Assembly (NCBI GenBank): GCA_977020255.1
Contig: CDROCS010000506.1
Span: forward strand, 1,550,001-1,614,000
Length of the DNA: 64,000 nt
Direction: 5' to 3'
Source: Obrimoposthia wandeli
Lineage: Eukaryota
This document shows positions 41,174 to 51,272 of the stretch, in pieces. The translations under genes and the position numbers were made by a program. A model generated the notes under the pieces. That model saw nothing but the letters and a program-made list of their open reading frames with translations. It was not told the DNA's origin and ran no database searches. Positions within the stretch are counted from its first letter, which is position 1. Each line of letters starts with the position of its first letter.

Positions 41174-41948
41174 TTCTTCGCTCTACCATAAAGCCATTGT
41201 TTATAGCACGATAGCGGTATTGGTCATCCCGATCCTCGCGACGTTTTTATATTCAATTTCATCGAGCTGGGGCGCAACCATCTTACCAAGTGGCTTTACA
41301 TTTGATTGGTATAGCCAGTTATGGCAAGACCCGCGCTTTATAGCTGCATTTGGTCGCTCACTGCTTGTTTGTATTAGTGCATTATTATTAAGTGCTCTGT
41401 TGATCATTCCAGCCATTTTTGTGGTGTTTTATTATTTCCCTAAATTAAATGGCTTGATGAATATCCTGATCTTATTACCCTTTGCGGTACCGCCAGTGGT
41501 GTCGTCTGTGGGTTTACTGCAAATATACGCAGACAGCTCAATACAAATTGTTGGTACGCCGTGGATCTTAATCGGTACTTATTTCACGATTGCCCTGCCG
41601 TTCATGTACCGCGCCATTGCCAATAGTTTTGAAGCCATTAATTTAGCCGATCTGATGGATGCAGCGCACTTACTGGGGGCGAGTACCGCACAAGCCTTCT
41701 TCCTGATTATTTTACCCAACTTGAAGAAAGGATTACTGGCATCGCTGTTTTTATCTTTCTCGTTCTTATTGGGTGAATTTGTATTTTCGAACATTTTGGT
41801 GGGGACTCGTTATGAAACCCTGCAAATCTATTTATATAACATGCGTCAAACCAGTGGTCATTTCACATCAGCATTAGTCATGACTTATTTCGCCTTTATT
41901 TTCCTTTTCACTTGGTTGGCCAGCCGTATTAGCCGAGGAGCTCAATAA
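41160..41948 (+). CDS. ABC transporter permease
   Basis: LLPFAVPPVV, LMDAAHLLGAS, SFSFLLGEF. Confidence 0.9.
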   Translation: MPNANSSLYHKAIVYSTIAVLVIPILATFLYSISSSWGATILPSGFTFDWYSQLWQDPRFIAAFGRSLLVCISALLLSALLIIPAIFVVFYYFPKLNGLMNILILLPFAVPPVVSSVGLLQIYADSSIQIVGTPWILIGTYFTIALPFMYRAIANSFEAINLADLMDAAHLLGASTAQAFFLIILPNLKKGLLASLFLSFSFLLGEFVFSNILVGTRYETLQIYLYNMRQTSGHFTSALVMTYFAFIFLFTWLASRISRGAQ

Positions 41949-42964
41949 TGAGTTTTGTTACTGTAAAAAATCTACAAAAAAGCTTTGGTAGCAATACCGT
42001 ATTTTCTGACATTAATTTCAGTATCGCACAAGGTGAATTTGTTACCTTACTCGGCCCAAGTGGCTGTGGTAAATCAACCTTGTTACGTAGCCTAGCCGGA
42101 CTTAATAGTGTCGACAAAGGTGAAATATGGGTTGGAGAGCAAAACATTACCGACTTAGCACCGCAAAAAAGAGACATCGGTATGGTATTTCAATCATATG
42201 CTTTATTTCCTAATATGACCGTGGCGAATAACATCGCTTTCGGGCTTAAAATGAAAAAACTGCATAAAGATGAAATAGCGAAACAAGTGGCTCGGGTAAT
42301 TGAATTAGTCGAATTAAAAGGTAAAGAAAACCAGCATCCACACCAATTATCAGGTGGACAAAGACAACGTGTCGCCTTGGCGCGCGCCTTAGTCGTACAG
42401 CCAAATATCTTATTACTTGATGAACCACTGTCAGCGTTGGATGCACGTATTCGTAAGCATTTACGCCAACAAATTTGTGATATTCAAAAAGAACTTAACC
42501 TGACGACAGTATTTGTAACCCATGATCAAGAAGAGGCGATGACCATGTCTGACCGTATCTTTTTGATGAATGAAGGCTCGATTGTGCAACAAGGCAGTGC
42601 CGAGCAAATCTATACCCAGCCCCACAATGAATTTGTGGCAGGATTCATGGGTAATTATAATTTATTATCAGCGCAACAAGCGCAAGATGTACTTGGGGTG
42701 AGCATTAAAAATAAATTAGCTATCCGTCCTGAATCCATTTATGTTCGTGAATCAGGCCGTGATTATGGTTCGCATATTTCTCCCCCAACTCGAGGCATCA
42801 TTAAAAGCCATCAATTATTGGGCAATGTGATCCGTTACCAGGTCGATGTAAAAGGCTGTGATATTACCGTCGATTTATTAAATCGCTCATCAGAACGGTT
42901 ATTCGCAACGGGTACTCCGCTAGAACTATTGTTTAACCTAAACGAATTACAACAGGTCAGTTAA
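41948..42964 (+). CDS. ABC transporter ATP-binding protein (PotA-like, TOBE domain)
   Basis: GPSGCGKST, LSGGQRQRVALARA, LLLDEPLSALD. Confidence 0.95.
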   Translation: MSFVTVKNLQKSFGSNTVFSDINFSIAQGEFVTLLGPSGCGKSTLLRSLAGLNSVDKGEIWVGEQNITDLAPQKRDIGMVFQSYALFPNMTVANNIAFGLKMKKLHKDEIAKQVARVIELVELKGKENQHPHQLSGGQRQRVALARALVVQPNILLLDEPLSALDARIRKHLRQQICDIQKELNLTTVFVTHDQEEAMTMSDRIFLMNEGSIVQQGSAEQIYTQPHNEFVAGFMGNYNLLSAQQAQDVLGVSIKNKLAIRPESIYVRESGRDYGSHISPPTRGIIKSHQLLGNVIRYQVDVKGCDITVDLLNRSSERLFATGTPLELLFNLNELQQVS

Positions 42965-42975
42965 GAGAGCATAAC

Positions 42976-43638
42976 ATGAGCCAACCACTGTATATTTTTG
43001 ATCTAGACGAAACCTTGATTGCGGCTGATAGTGCTATGTTATGGCATCAGTTTTTAGTCGAGAAAAGTATTATCACCGACAGTAATTTTTTAGCCGAAGA
43101 TAAACGCTTAATGAGTCTGTATTCTGCCGGTAAATTAGATATGCCAGAATACCTTAATTTTGCCATGGCGCCGCTTGCACATTTGACGAAACAGCAAGTT
43201 GATAGCTTGGTTGATGAATGTGTCGAAAAATATATTATGCCAACGGTATTTCCGCAAGCACTGCAATTATTAGCGCAACTAAAGCAAGACAACATCACCA
43301 CGGTATTAATCTCGGCGACGGTCAGTTTTATTGTAAAAAAAGTAGCGGTAAAACTGGGTATTGAACATGCCATGGGCATTGATATGCAGGTAGCTGATGG
43401 CTGTTATACGGCAAATATTCTGGGTGTTGCTAGTTACCGTGAAGGTAAAGTCATTCGTTTACAGTCTTGGTTAGCTGAACAAACCGAAGTTTATAACGAC
43501 AGCTATTTTTATACCGACTCGATTAACGACCTGCCGTTATGCTTATTTAGCCAATATCCGCATGTTGTTAACCCTTGTCCGCAATTAGCTCAGCATGCAC
43601 AGACTCAAAACTGGCCGCAATTATCGTGGCGTCTGTAA
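42976..43638 (+). CDS. HAD-IB (SerB-like) phosphatase
   Basis: IFDLDETLI, LISAT, GKV, FYTDSINDLPL, VNP. Confidence 0.92.
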   Translation: MSQPLYIFDLDETLIAADSAMLWHQFLVEKSIITDSNFLAEDKRLMSLYSAGKLDMPEYLNFAMAPLAHLTKQQVDSLVDECVEKYIMPTVFPQALQLLAQLKQDNITTVLISATVSFIVKKVAVKLGIEHAMGIDMQVADGCYTANILGVASYREGKVIRLQSWLAEQTEVYNDSYFYTDSINDLPLCLFSQYPHVVNPCPQLAQHAQTQNWPQLSWRL

Positions 43639-43691
43639 GTCGTTAAATAGATGTCTGAATGAATAGTTAAATAAATAGAATCTGATGACAC

Positions 43692-43727
43692 AAAAAAGCC
43701 TGACAGTCGTTCACTGTCAGGCTTTTT
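43692..43727. terminator. Bidirectional terminator between the HAD and desaturase genes
   Basis: aaaaaagcctgacagt-cgttc-actgtcaggcttttt. Confidence 0.88.
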
Positions 43728-43767
43728 ATTTATATAAAATTGTATTATTTCAGCTTAGCTTAGGCGA

Positions 43768-44925
43768 TTAAAATCGTGGATACAACGCCGCTTTCTTACC
43801 TGTCACTTTACCCACTGGGAATGAGAAATAAATCACTCGTTGTACAACTGAAGCATACTGGCTAAAGAAACTACCGGTGTTATAAGCAATGCCATATTTA
43901 GCCGCGATAACTTGCACTTCTTTCGACATTTCAACATAACGGTGTGCAGGCACTTCTGGGAATAAATGATGCTCAACCTGACAGCTTAAATGACCCGTTA
44001 AAATATGGAACCATTTAGGACCAGTTAAATTAGCAGAGCCTAAAATTTGACGATAATACCAATGCCCACGAGATTCATTTTCACATTCTTTTTCGGTAAA
44101 GGTATACACTTCTGTTGGAAAGTGACCACAGAAAATAATCGTTGAAGTCCAAAAGTTACGCAATAAATTAGCCGCTAAATTACCCAGCAATACCATCACA
44201 AAAAACGGGCCAGCTAAGAGTGGGAAGATTACGTAATCTTTGAGAATTTGACGCGTTGATTTGCTATAAAATACTTTCTTTAATTGCTCAACATCAACGT
44301 GTGATCCTCGACCCTCTTTTTTCTTACCAAAGAATACCCGTTCACCAGCCATTTCATGGAATGCGATACCCCATTGAAATAAAGTACTGAGCACAAGATA
44401 AGTAACGAACTGCCATGAATTACGCAAGCGCCAAGAGAAATCATCACTTAGACGTAATAAACCATAACCAAAATCGCGATCCTTACCGACAATATTTGTG
44501 TAAGTATGGTGTTCGTAATTATGCACGCGCTTCCATGATTCCGAACTACAGGCGTTATCCCATTCAAACGTTTGCGAGTTCAGCGTTGGATCGTTCATCC
44601 AATCATATTGACCGTGCAAAACGTTATGACCAATTTCCATGTTATCTAAGATCTTCGATGCGCTTAATAGCAGCACGCCCACACCCCAGAAATACAGAGA
44701 AAGAAAACCCAGTACAAGACAAATTCGCCCAGATATTTCTAACGTACGCTGTAGACGTACAATCTTTTTAATATAACGTTCATCGGCAGTTCCCACTTGA
44801 TTCATGGCTTTGGCTTTTACGCCATCGAGATCTATCGCCAGTTGTTCTAATTGCTCTTCATTTAACTTTTGACCAAATTTTTTATCTAACTCTTTATCTA
44901 ATTCTTTATTTAACTTTGCCATCAT
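43768..44925 (-). CDS. Membrane acyl-CoA/fatty acid desaturase (DesB/DesA3-like)
   Basis: His boxes HNVLH, HNYEHH, QVEHHLFP; MEIGHN..HGQYDWM motif. Confidence 0.92.
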   Translation of the reverse strand: MMAKLNKELDKELDKKFGQKLNEEQLEQLAIDLDGVKAKAMNQVGTADERYIKKIVRLQRTLEISGRICLVLGFLSLYFWGVGVLLLSASKILDNMEIGHNVLHGQYDWMNDPTLNSQTFEWDNACSSESWKRVHNYEHHTYTNIVGKDRDFGYGLLRLSDDFSWRLRNSWQFVTYLVLSTLFQWGIAFHEMAGERVFFGKKKEGRGSHVDVEQLKKVFYSKSTRQILKDYVIFPLLAGPFFVMVLLGNLAANLLRNFWTSTIIFCGHFPTEVYTFTEKECENESRGHWYYRQILGSANLTGPKWFHILTGHLSCQVEHHLFPEVPAHRYVEMSKEVQVIAAKYGIAYNTGSFFSQYASVVQRVIYFSFPVGKVTGKKAALYPRF

Positions 44926-44932
44926 CTTATCC

Positions 44933-46057
44933 CTATAAATTAATCACGACATCAGTCACTGGAACACTAATACAGGCTTGGATATCTTCTTCACCGGTAT
45001 CTGAATATGTTTTTGTTTGGCTGTTATAAACCACACCACTTACTTTCTTACATTTACACTCTTGGCAAATTCCCATGCGGCAGCCATATTTAGCTGGGAC
45101 CACATTATCCTCGGCAAGCATTAACAGTGTTTTCTGATTGTCTTCATCAACAACTATGTCTTTATTGGTTATAGCGAACGACACATTACGCACAACATTC
45201 AGATCGACATTACGAAAACTTGCTAAGCCAAACTGCTCAAGATGCAATGATTCTTCAGGTAGTCCCATGTCCAATAATAATTCTCGCGTACTATCCATCA
45301 TGCTATTTGGGCCACAAATATAGGCTTCACTACGTTGTAAATCGCTCGTCACTGCATTGATATGCGCTGCTGAACAATGACCATCACGCTCACTTTTTAA
45401 TAATTTTAAAGTGAAATTATTATGATCTAGCTCTAATGCAACCAAGCTCTCGTTCAAAGCATGTTGATTAGCGCGGGCAAAATACAATAATGTAAAATTA
45501 ATCGTCGGGTTATTAGCAACATGCGATAACAGCAAACTATGAAAAGGCGTAATACCACTGCCACCAGCAATAAATATCACCTCTTTATTTGAGGCCCTGT
45601 TGGATAAAGATCTTGATGGCGCACTCAACACAAAATCACCTTTCGCAGGTGAAACACCTAACATTTCGCCTTTCTTAATAGCACTTGATAACCAGGGTGT
45701 CACACGGCCTTCAAATTGCTTTTTAATGGTTAAGGTGATGGTTTTATCTTGCTGTAATTGCGCTAGCGAAGATGAAATAGTAAAAGGACGTTTAATGTAG
45801 CTACCATTCTTTTTTACTTGCAGCTCAATATATTGTCCTGGCTGAAAAGAAAAATGCTGTTCATTCACTTTTCCTGAAATCGCTAGTGTTAATGAATACA
45901 TATCATTATTTTCAGTTTTCATTTTCACGACTGTCGCAGCAAACATCTCCCCCATAAGTACGGAGATCGGTTTAGTCGAAAATGGGGCAAAGTAAGCCTT
46001 AAACGTATCGTTATTAAATAACGTCAGTGATAATTTATTGGTTAAAACATTAAGCAT
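44933..46057 (-). CDS. Ferredoxin reductase-like flavoprotein with C-terminal 2Fe-2S domain (desaturase electron donor)
   Basis: FQPGQY, RPFTISS, IAGGSGITPF, YICGP, CRMGICQECKC...C. Confidence 0.92.
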   Translation of the reverse strand: MLNVLTNKLSLTLFNNDTFKAYFAPFSTKPISVLMGEMFAATVVKMKTENNDMYSLTLAISGKVNEQHFSFQPGQYIELQVKKNGSYIKRPFTISSSLAQLQQDKTITLTIKKQFEGRVTPWLSSAIKKGEMLGVSPAKGDFVLSAPSRSLSNRASNKEVIFIAGGSGITPFHSLLLSHVANNPTINFTLLYFARANQHALNESLVALELDHNNFTLKLLKSERDGHCSAAHINAVTSDLQRSEAYICGPNSMMDSTRELLLDMGLPEESLHLEQFGLASFRNVDLNVVRNVSFAITNKDIVVDEDNQKTLLMLAEDNVVPAKYGCRMGICQECKCKKVSGVVYNSQTKTYSDTGEEDIQACISVPVTDVVINL

Positions 46058-46084
46058 ATAGCGGTCTCCCTAAAAGTTGAAGTG

Positions 46085-46102
46085 AGCTTACACGCGTACT
46101 CT
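46085..46102. promoter_or_regulatory. FabR/DesT-like operator (proximal)
   Basis: AGCTTACACGCGTACTCT, 15/18 to the palindrome AGCGTACACGTGTACGCT; 28 bp upstream of the reductase start. Confidence 0.7.
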
Positions 46103-46212
46103 AGAATGATCCATCAGTATTTACACTTAAATATTAAACTTACACTAATTTAAATTAGCACGCACATACAACGAGTTATATGTACAATTAAAAACAAACA
46201 CCAAGGACAGTA

Positions 46213-46230
46213 AGTGAACAAGTGTTCTCC
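46213..46230. promoter_or_regulatory. FabR/DesT-like operator (distal)
   Basis: AGTGAACAAGTGTTCTCC, 14/18 to AGCGAACACGTGTTCGCT. Confidence 0.55.
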
Positions 46231-46467
46231 ATAAAAATTAAACATCTAATTTCAGTGAGTTATTTATTACTAACAACTCAAAAATAGATACTCAGATATG
46301 AACATAAGATCCAGTATCAACATATGCGAGTCATTTACAGGTTATAGCCAAAGCATTAATTTAACTGAGCAGCTACATCAATAAATCTAATACTGACGTG
46401 CTGGATACTGTCATGTTATTCAGGTATTGTGGCGCGCTCATTAATATTGCTAGAAACGATAAAAACC

Positions 46468-46821
46468 ATGTTGAAAATACTGACTACCATGCCACCTAAT
46501 TTATTACTGCTACTAGCGATTATCTTTGAGGTGATCGCAACATCCTTATTACCAAAAACTCAGCAATTCAGTCAGCCGTTAATAAGTGCGATTGTATTAA
46601 TTTGCTATGCGTTGGCATTTTTCTTACTGTCGATCACCATCAAATCAGTGCCTATTGGCGTCGCATATGCAATCTGGTGTGGGGCGGGTATCGTACTTGT
46701 CACTATGATTAGCTGGTTGTGGTATGGCCAACAGCTCGACTGGGTTGCCATTGTAGGGATAAGTTTGATTTTACTCGGCAGTGTCATTATTAATGTTTTC
46801 TCAACAACTATTAGTCATTAA
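46468..46821 (+). CDS. SMR-family (EmrE/QacE-like) transporter
   Basis: LAIIFEVIAT (conserved Glu), GVAYAIWCGAG, four TM helices. Confidence 0.92.
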   Translation: MLKILTTMPPNLLLLLAIIFEVIATSLLPKTQQFSQPLISAIVLICYALAFFLLSITIKSVPIGVAYAIWCGAGIVLVTMISWLWYGQQLDWVAIVGISLILLGSVIINVFSTTISH

Positions 46822-46868
46822 CAAACTAAAACTAGTCATTAATAAACTAAGACTAGCCATTAATAAAT
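46812..46868. repeat. 21-bp tandem duplication of the SMR gene 3' end (x2.7)
   Basis: tagtcattaacaaactaaaac/tagtcattaataaactaagac/tagccattaataaat. Confidence 0.8.
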
Positions 46869-46882
46869 AGTTATATCAACGG

Positions 46883-46916
46883 GTTTCATCATACTGTCAT
46901 AAAAATACACTACCTT
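46883..46916 (+). promoter_or_regulatory. Pho (PhoB) box with -10 element upstream of the LysR gene
   Basis: GTTTCAT-cata-CTGTCAT (5/7 and 7/7, 11-bp spacing); TACCTT starts 10 nt downstream; ATG at 46942. Confidence 0.68.
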
Positions 46917-46941
46917 AGCCATTTTATGGTTAAGGTTATGT

Positions 46942-47835
46942 ATGCTTCCACCACAACGTTCATTATTAGCTTTCGAAGCTGTATCTCGACTCGGCTCAAT
47001 AGGCGCGGCATCACGTGAACTTCACGTTACGCAAGCAGCGGTAAGCCAACAGCTAAAAAATCTTGAACAGTTCCTTAATTGTACTTTGTTTATTCGTAAT
47101 CAACGTGGCGTGACATTAACCCAAGCCGCGCAACAATACTTACCCGTGGTATCCGGATCACTACAACACCTTAAATTACAAACTCAAATATTATTTGGCC
47201 AACAACAGTCTGATGTCTTGCGCATTAAAGTGAATACGTCACTTTGCCATAATTGGTTGATTCCAAAATTAGCTGATTTCACCAATAAATTTGCCTTTAT
47301 TAAATTAGATCTGACGTTAGTGGATTGGCCATCTCGACAACCCTGCAGTGATGCCGATGTTGAAATCACCAATGGCTTTATCGACAGCGAAGGTACTCAA
47401 GCAACCCCCTTATGCCAAGAGCAATGGGTAATGGTGTGCAGCCCAGCATTCAAACAACGACACTGTGATGCCCTCGAAAAAAATGATATTTCGCAGCTGC
47501 CAGCCATTCAAGTAAAAGGTTATGAAGAAAGCTGGATGCAATGGTTATGTCATCATGATATCGCGCCTGTCTCACCTAATATTCAACTCGAAATAAGTAA
47601 TTCACTACATGGTTTAGAAGCCGTAAAACAAGGTATTGGCTTAATGCTAGTGCGTTCGCTAGTAGCCGAAAAAGCGCTGGTCTCTGGCGAACTTGTGCTA
47701 GCGATGGCAGGCAGCATGCCCTCTGATTCAAGCCATTACATCATTACTGCCAATAAGCGCAGCGCCAAAGTAAATTTCTTTTGCGATTGGCTCGACCAAC
47801 AAGAACGCAGGCAACAATATGACCTAGCCATATAG
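46942..47835 (+). CDS. LysR-family transcriptional regulator (GcvA-like)
   Basis: LPPQRSLLAFEAVSRLGSI..ASRELHVTQAAVSQQLK.LE HTH; substrate-binding domain. Confidence 0.95.
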   Translation: MLPPQRSLLAFEAVSRLGSIGAASRELHVTQAAVSQQLKNLEQFLNCTLFIRNQRGVTLTQAAQQYLPVVSGSLQHLKLQTQILFGQQQSDVLRIKVNTSLCHNWLIPKLADFTNKFAFIKLDLTLVDWPSRQPCSDADVEITNGFIDSEGTQATPLCQEQWVMVCSPAFKQRHCDALEKNDISQLPAIQVKGYEESWMQWLCHHDIAPVSPNIQLEISNSLHGLEAVKQGIGLMLVRSLVAEKALVSGELVLAMAGSMPSDSSHYIITANKRSAKVNFFCDWLDQQERRQQYDLAI

Positions 47836-48027
47836 CCTAACCATATAACCTAAAAAATAGCCTAAAAAAGAGAGTCATGACGCGAACCCCGTCATTTTTT
47901 CTAATGTGTAATCGTCATAGCCATCACTTTTTCTTATGCCTGACGATGGAAAATATGATGATGACACAAACAAATTTGTCACAGTGCCACTCTATGATGC
48001 AGCCATACAGTTAAGGACAAACTAAGC

Positions 48028-48912
48028 ATGAAGATTAATTCACACATTATGTCGGAAAAACTAAAGGTACTATTATTTATAGCGCCTTTATTGATCCCCC
48101 TATTAGCTTTTTGGATCGTACCATTCGGTTGGAGCATCTACATCAGCTTTACCGACTGGGATTATATTTCCCCAGAATATAGCTACGTTGGTTTTGAAAA
48201 CTACCAATACATGATTGAAGACAGCTACTTTACTGAAGCGCTTTACAATACCTTCGTATTTTCACTGGGCGTTGTGATTCCAACGGTAATACTAGGATTG
48301 GGCTTTGCCTTATTACTGCATAAAAACTTTCGTGGCAGCCAACTTTATCGCGCCGTTATATTTTCACCTTGGATCACCCCTACTGTTGCAGTATCAATCG
48401 TTTGGTCATGGGTGTTTGAAACCAAATCTGGTTTAGTTAATTTGTTGTTAGCTAAAATAGGTATAGCACCAGTCGCTTGGTTAGAAAGCGGTGATACAGC
48501 GATGACAGTGGTTATTATTGTGACCGTTTGGCAAGCCGTTGGTTGGACTATGTTGTTCTTCATTAGCGCGCTAAACAAGATCCCGACATCGTTATATGAA
48601 GCGTCACTGATTGATGGCTGCAGTCCATTAACGCGTTTCATAAAAATCACTTTACCGCTGATTTCACCAACCACATTTTTCCTTATTATTGTCAACATGA
48701 TCAATTCGGTACAAGCCTTTGATCAATTCCAAATATTAACGCAAGGCGGCCCAAGCGGTAGCACCCGAACATTATTATATTTGTTCTATCAGCAAGCATT
48801 TGAGCAATACGATATGGGCCCTGCGGCAGCAACATCACTCATCATCTTAGTTATCACCGGCGTATTAACATTGATTAATACCGAGATGGGTAAACGCTGG
48901 ATATATTATTAA
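48028..48912 (+). CDS. CUT1 carbohydrate/glycerophosphodiester ABC permease (UgpA-like)
   Basis: YVGFENY, SPWITPTVAVSIVW, LYEASLIDG, ITLPLISPT, TQGGP. Confidence 0.92.
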   Translation: MKINSHIMSEKLKVLLFIAPLLIPLLAFWIVPFGWSIYISFTDWDYISPEYSYVGFENYQYMIEDSYFTEALYNTFVFSLGVVIPTVILGLGFALLLHKNFRGSQLYRAVIFSPWITPTVAVSIVWSWVFETKSGLVNLLLAKIGIAPVAWLESGDTAMTVVIIVTVWQAVGWTMLFFISALNKIPTSLYEASLIDGCSPLTRFIKITLPLISPTTFFLIIVNMINSVQAFDQFQILTQGGPSGSTRTLLYLFYQQAFEQYDMGPAAATSLIILVITGVLTLINTEMGKRWIYY

Positions 48913-48923
48913 GGAATACACTG

Positions 48924-49862
48924 ATGAGCACTCAATCTATTGATTTACCTTTGGTTAATTTCCAAAGCAGCGAACCAAAAAATACAGCAAACAAGAAAAT
49001 GGCAAAACCAGCAACACCGATTAATACATTAATAAAATCATTCGCTAGTTTGGTCGCGAAACACGGGTTTTTAAGCGCGTCGGGTTTGATTATGGTGTTC
49101 CCGTTTGTATGGATGATATCCGGGTCAATGAAAACCAATGACGAGATATTTAGTAATCCACTGAATATCTTGCCAGAAACATTTCATTGGCAAACATTTG
49201 TAGACACATTTGAAAGTGCGCCATTTGGTTTGTACATCATGAACAGTTTCACGGTGGCATTTTTCACGACACTGATCGTCATGATTAACTCAGCAATGTT
49301 TGCTTATGCAATCACTCAATTTAAGTTTAAGTCACAAACTGCGCTGTATTTCGTGGTAATGGCTTGTTACATGTTACCCGGCGCGGTGACCTATATTCCG
49401 TCTTATATTACCTTAGCGAACTTAGGTTTATTAGACAGCCACACAGGTTTGATCATTTCCAATGCAGCCAGTGTATTCGGGGTGTTTTACCTACGCCAAG
49501 TATTTTTAAAAGTGCATCCGTCACTGATTGAAGCTGCGCGAATTGATGGAGCCGGAGAAGTTAAAATTCTTTGGGCAATCGTGTTACCACAGTGCAAAGC
49601 AGCGTTAGCTACCTTGTTCTTGATTACCTTTATTACTAACTACAACAGTTATATGTGGCCAAGCCTACTTATCACCACTCAAGATCTTAATTTGATTGCG
49701 ACGGGGATCAGGCAGTTCTTTATTGCCGAAGGTAACTACGGTTTGAACTGGTCACAGATTATGGCAGCAAGCACAATTGCAGTAATGCCACTGTTGATTC
49801 TATTCATTATTTGTCAAAAAACAATTTTGTCCGGCATTGCCGATAACGGCGTAAAAGAGTAA
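48924..49862 (+). CDS. CUT1 ABC permease (UgpE-like)
   Basis: PFVWMISGSMK, MLPGAVTYIPSY, LIEAARIDGA, NSYMWP. Confidence 0.92.
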   Translation: MSTQSIDLPLVNFQSSEPKNTANKKMAKPATPINTLIKSFASLVAKHGFLSASGLIMVFPFVWMISGSMKTNDEIFSNPLNILPETFHWQTFVDTFESAPFGLYIMNSFTVAFFTTLIVMINSAMFAYAITQFKFKSQTALYFVVMACYMLPGAVTYIPSYITLANLGLLDSHTGLIISNAASVFGVFYLRQVFLKVHPSLIEAARIDGAGEVKILWAIVLPQCKAALATLFLITFITNYNSYMWPSLLITTQDLNLIATGIRQFFIAEGNYGLNWSQIMAASTIAVMPLLILFIICQKTILSGIADNGVKE

Positions 49863-49868
49863 ATAAAT

Positions 49869-51149
49869 ATGAAACTGAAAACATTAGCAATTGTATGTTC
49901 TAGCTACGCAGCGGGCGCATTAGCGTTTGCAGGTAGCGCAATGGCGACAACCGAAGTGGACTTTTGGTATTCTGGTGGCTCAAAGCAGCAGCAGTTAATG
50001 ACCTCTCTGGTATCTGAATTTAACAGTAGCCAACAAGACTATGTGATTAAAAGTGCCTTACAAGGTAATTACGATGAAACCTATCAGAAACTTCAAGCGG
50101 GTTTAGCATCAAAGACAGCGCCTGAATTTGTACTGCTTTATTCTAGCCAAGCAAAAATGATGGTAGCGCGTAATCTGACGCGTGATCTTCGCCCTTACAT
50201 GGACGACAGCTTTAACTATGCTGATTTCCTTGATGCATTCCGCGATCAGGTAACTGCAGATAATGGCGAGGTTTACGGACTTCCAGCATATGGCACCACG
50301 CAAATATTCTATTACAACAAGCAAGTATTAGCAGACCATGGTTTCACTGCCAAAGACTTAAGCACATGGCAAGGCGTAGCAAAAGTATCTGCTGCGGTAA
50401 CCAAAAAAGATGCCAAAGGCAACACGACATTTTATGGTTGGGAACCAATGTGGGGTGAAGAAAACTTAATTGATGCGGCTTATTCTAATGGCGGAAAAAT
50501 CATTAGTGATGACGGTAAAACCATTTTAATTAACTCTCCAGAGTGGATAACCGTTTGGAACAGCTTCCGTAAATGGATCCACGAAGATGAAACGATGCGT
50601 ATTCATCACGGTGGTCAAGGCTGGGAATACTGGTACAAGACGATTGATGATGTAGTGAAAGATCGTGCACTGGGTTATACCGGTTCATCAGGCGATCAAG
50701 GTGATCTTGATTTCACTAAACTTGGCGCAACAACGCAACCAGGTTGGGGTAACAACCCTGCAGCACCACAAGCTGGCGCAGTAAGTTTTGTTATGCCAAA
50801 AGGTACGGATGATAACGCTGCACAAGGTGCGTTTGAATTCATGAAGTTTTATACCTCGGCTGAAAATACTGCGCGTTGGTCTATGACTACAGGTTATATC
50901 CCAGTGCGTAAAAGTGTAAAAGATGTGCCTGCATACCAAGCTTACACAGCGAAAAACCCGCAAGCATTGATACCACTTCTGCAAGCAACTACGGCAAGTC
51001 AGGACTTCTTTGACCCGACTAAAGGCAAGATCACCGATGCACTTTCTATTGCTGCGGATCAGATCTTAATTGAAAATATTCCAGCTGAAAAAGCCCTTAA
51101 GCAAGCGGCTAAACGTGCACAGCGCGCACTAGACCGTGCTAATCGCTAA
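49869..51149 (+). CDS. ABC substrate-binding protein (UgpB-like)
   Basis: Signal peptide AMA|TT, EVDFWY, QGNYDE, T.IFYYNK, F..FYTS.EN.A.WS..TGYIPV. Confidence 0.88.
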   Translation: MKLKTLAIVCSSYAAGALAFAGSAMATTEVDFWYSGGSKQQQLMTSLVSEFNSSQQDYVIKSALQGNYDETYQKLQAGLASKTAPEFVLLYSSQAKMMVARNLTRDLRPYMDDSFNYADFLDAFRDQVTADNGEVYGLPAYGTTQIFYYNKQVLADHGFTAKDLSTWQGVAKVSAAVTKKDAKGNTTFYGWEPMWGEENLIDAAYSNGGKIISDDGKTILINSPEWITVWNSFRKWIHEDETMRIHHGGQGWEYWYKTIDDVVKDRALGYTGSSGDQGDLDFTKLGATTQPGWGNNPAAPQAGAVSFVMPKGTDDNAAQGAFEFMKFYTSAENTARWSMTTGYIPVRKSVKDVPAYQAYTAKNPQALIPLLQATTASQDFFDPTKGKITDALSIAADQILIENIPAEKALKQAAKRAQRALDRANR

Positions 51150-51214
51150 ACTTATCTATGTCTCGATATGAAACATAAGTATGAAATATAGATAAAGAAA
51201 AATAAGACGAATAA

Positions 51215-51245
51215 TTGGTGATGGGTGTTCAGCATTCATCACCAA
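51215..51245 (+). other. Stem-loop after the SBP gene (probable mRNA-stabilising or attenuating hairpin)
   Basis: ttggtgatg...catcaccaa; intra-operonic, with no U-tract. Confidence 0.55.
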
Positions 51246-51272
51246 CATAACTAATAACAACAAGGATTAACC

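Noticed and set aside
46408-46414. CTGTCAT heptad upstream of the SMR gene as a Pho box
   Set aside because: Single half-site with no partner at plus or minus 11 bp
47962-47983. TGACA-N10-TGTCA inverted repeat upstream of the Ugp-like permease as a CRP or Pho site
   Set aside because: The spacing fits neither CRP (N6) nor the Pho 11-bp direct repeat; it might be the LysR site but this cannot be supported
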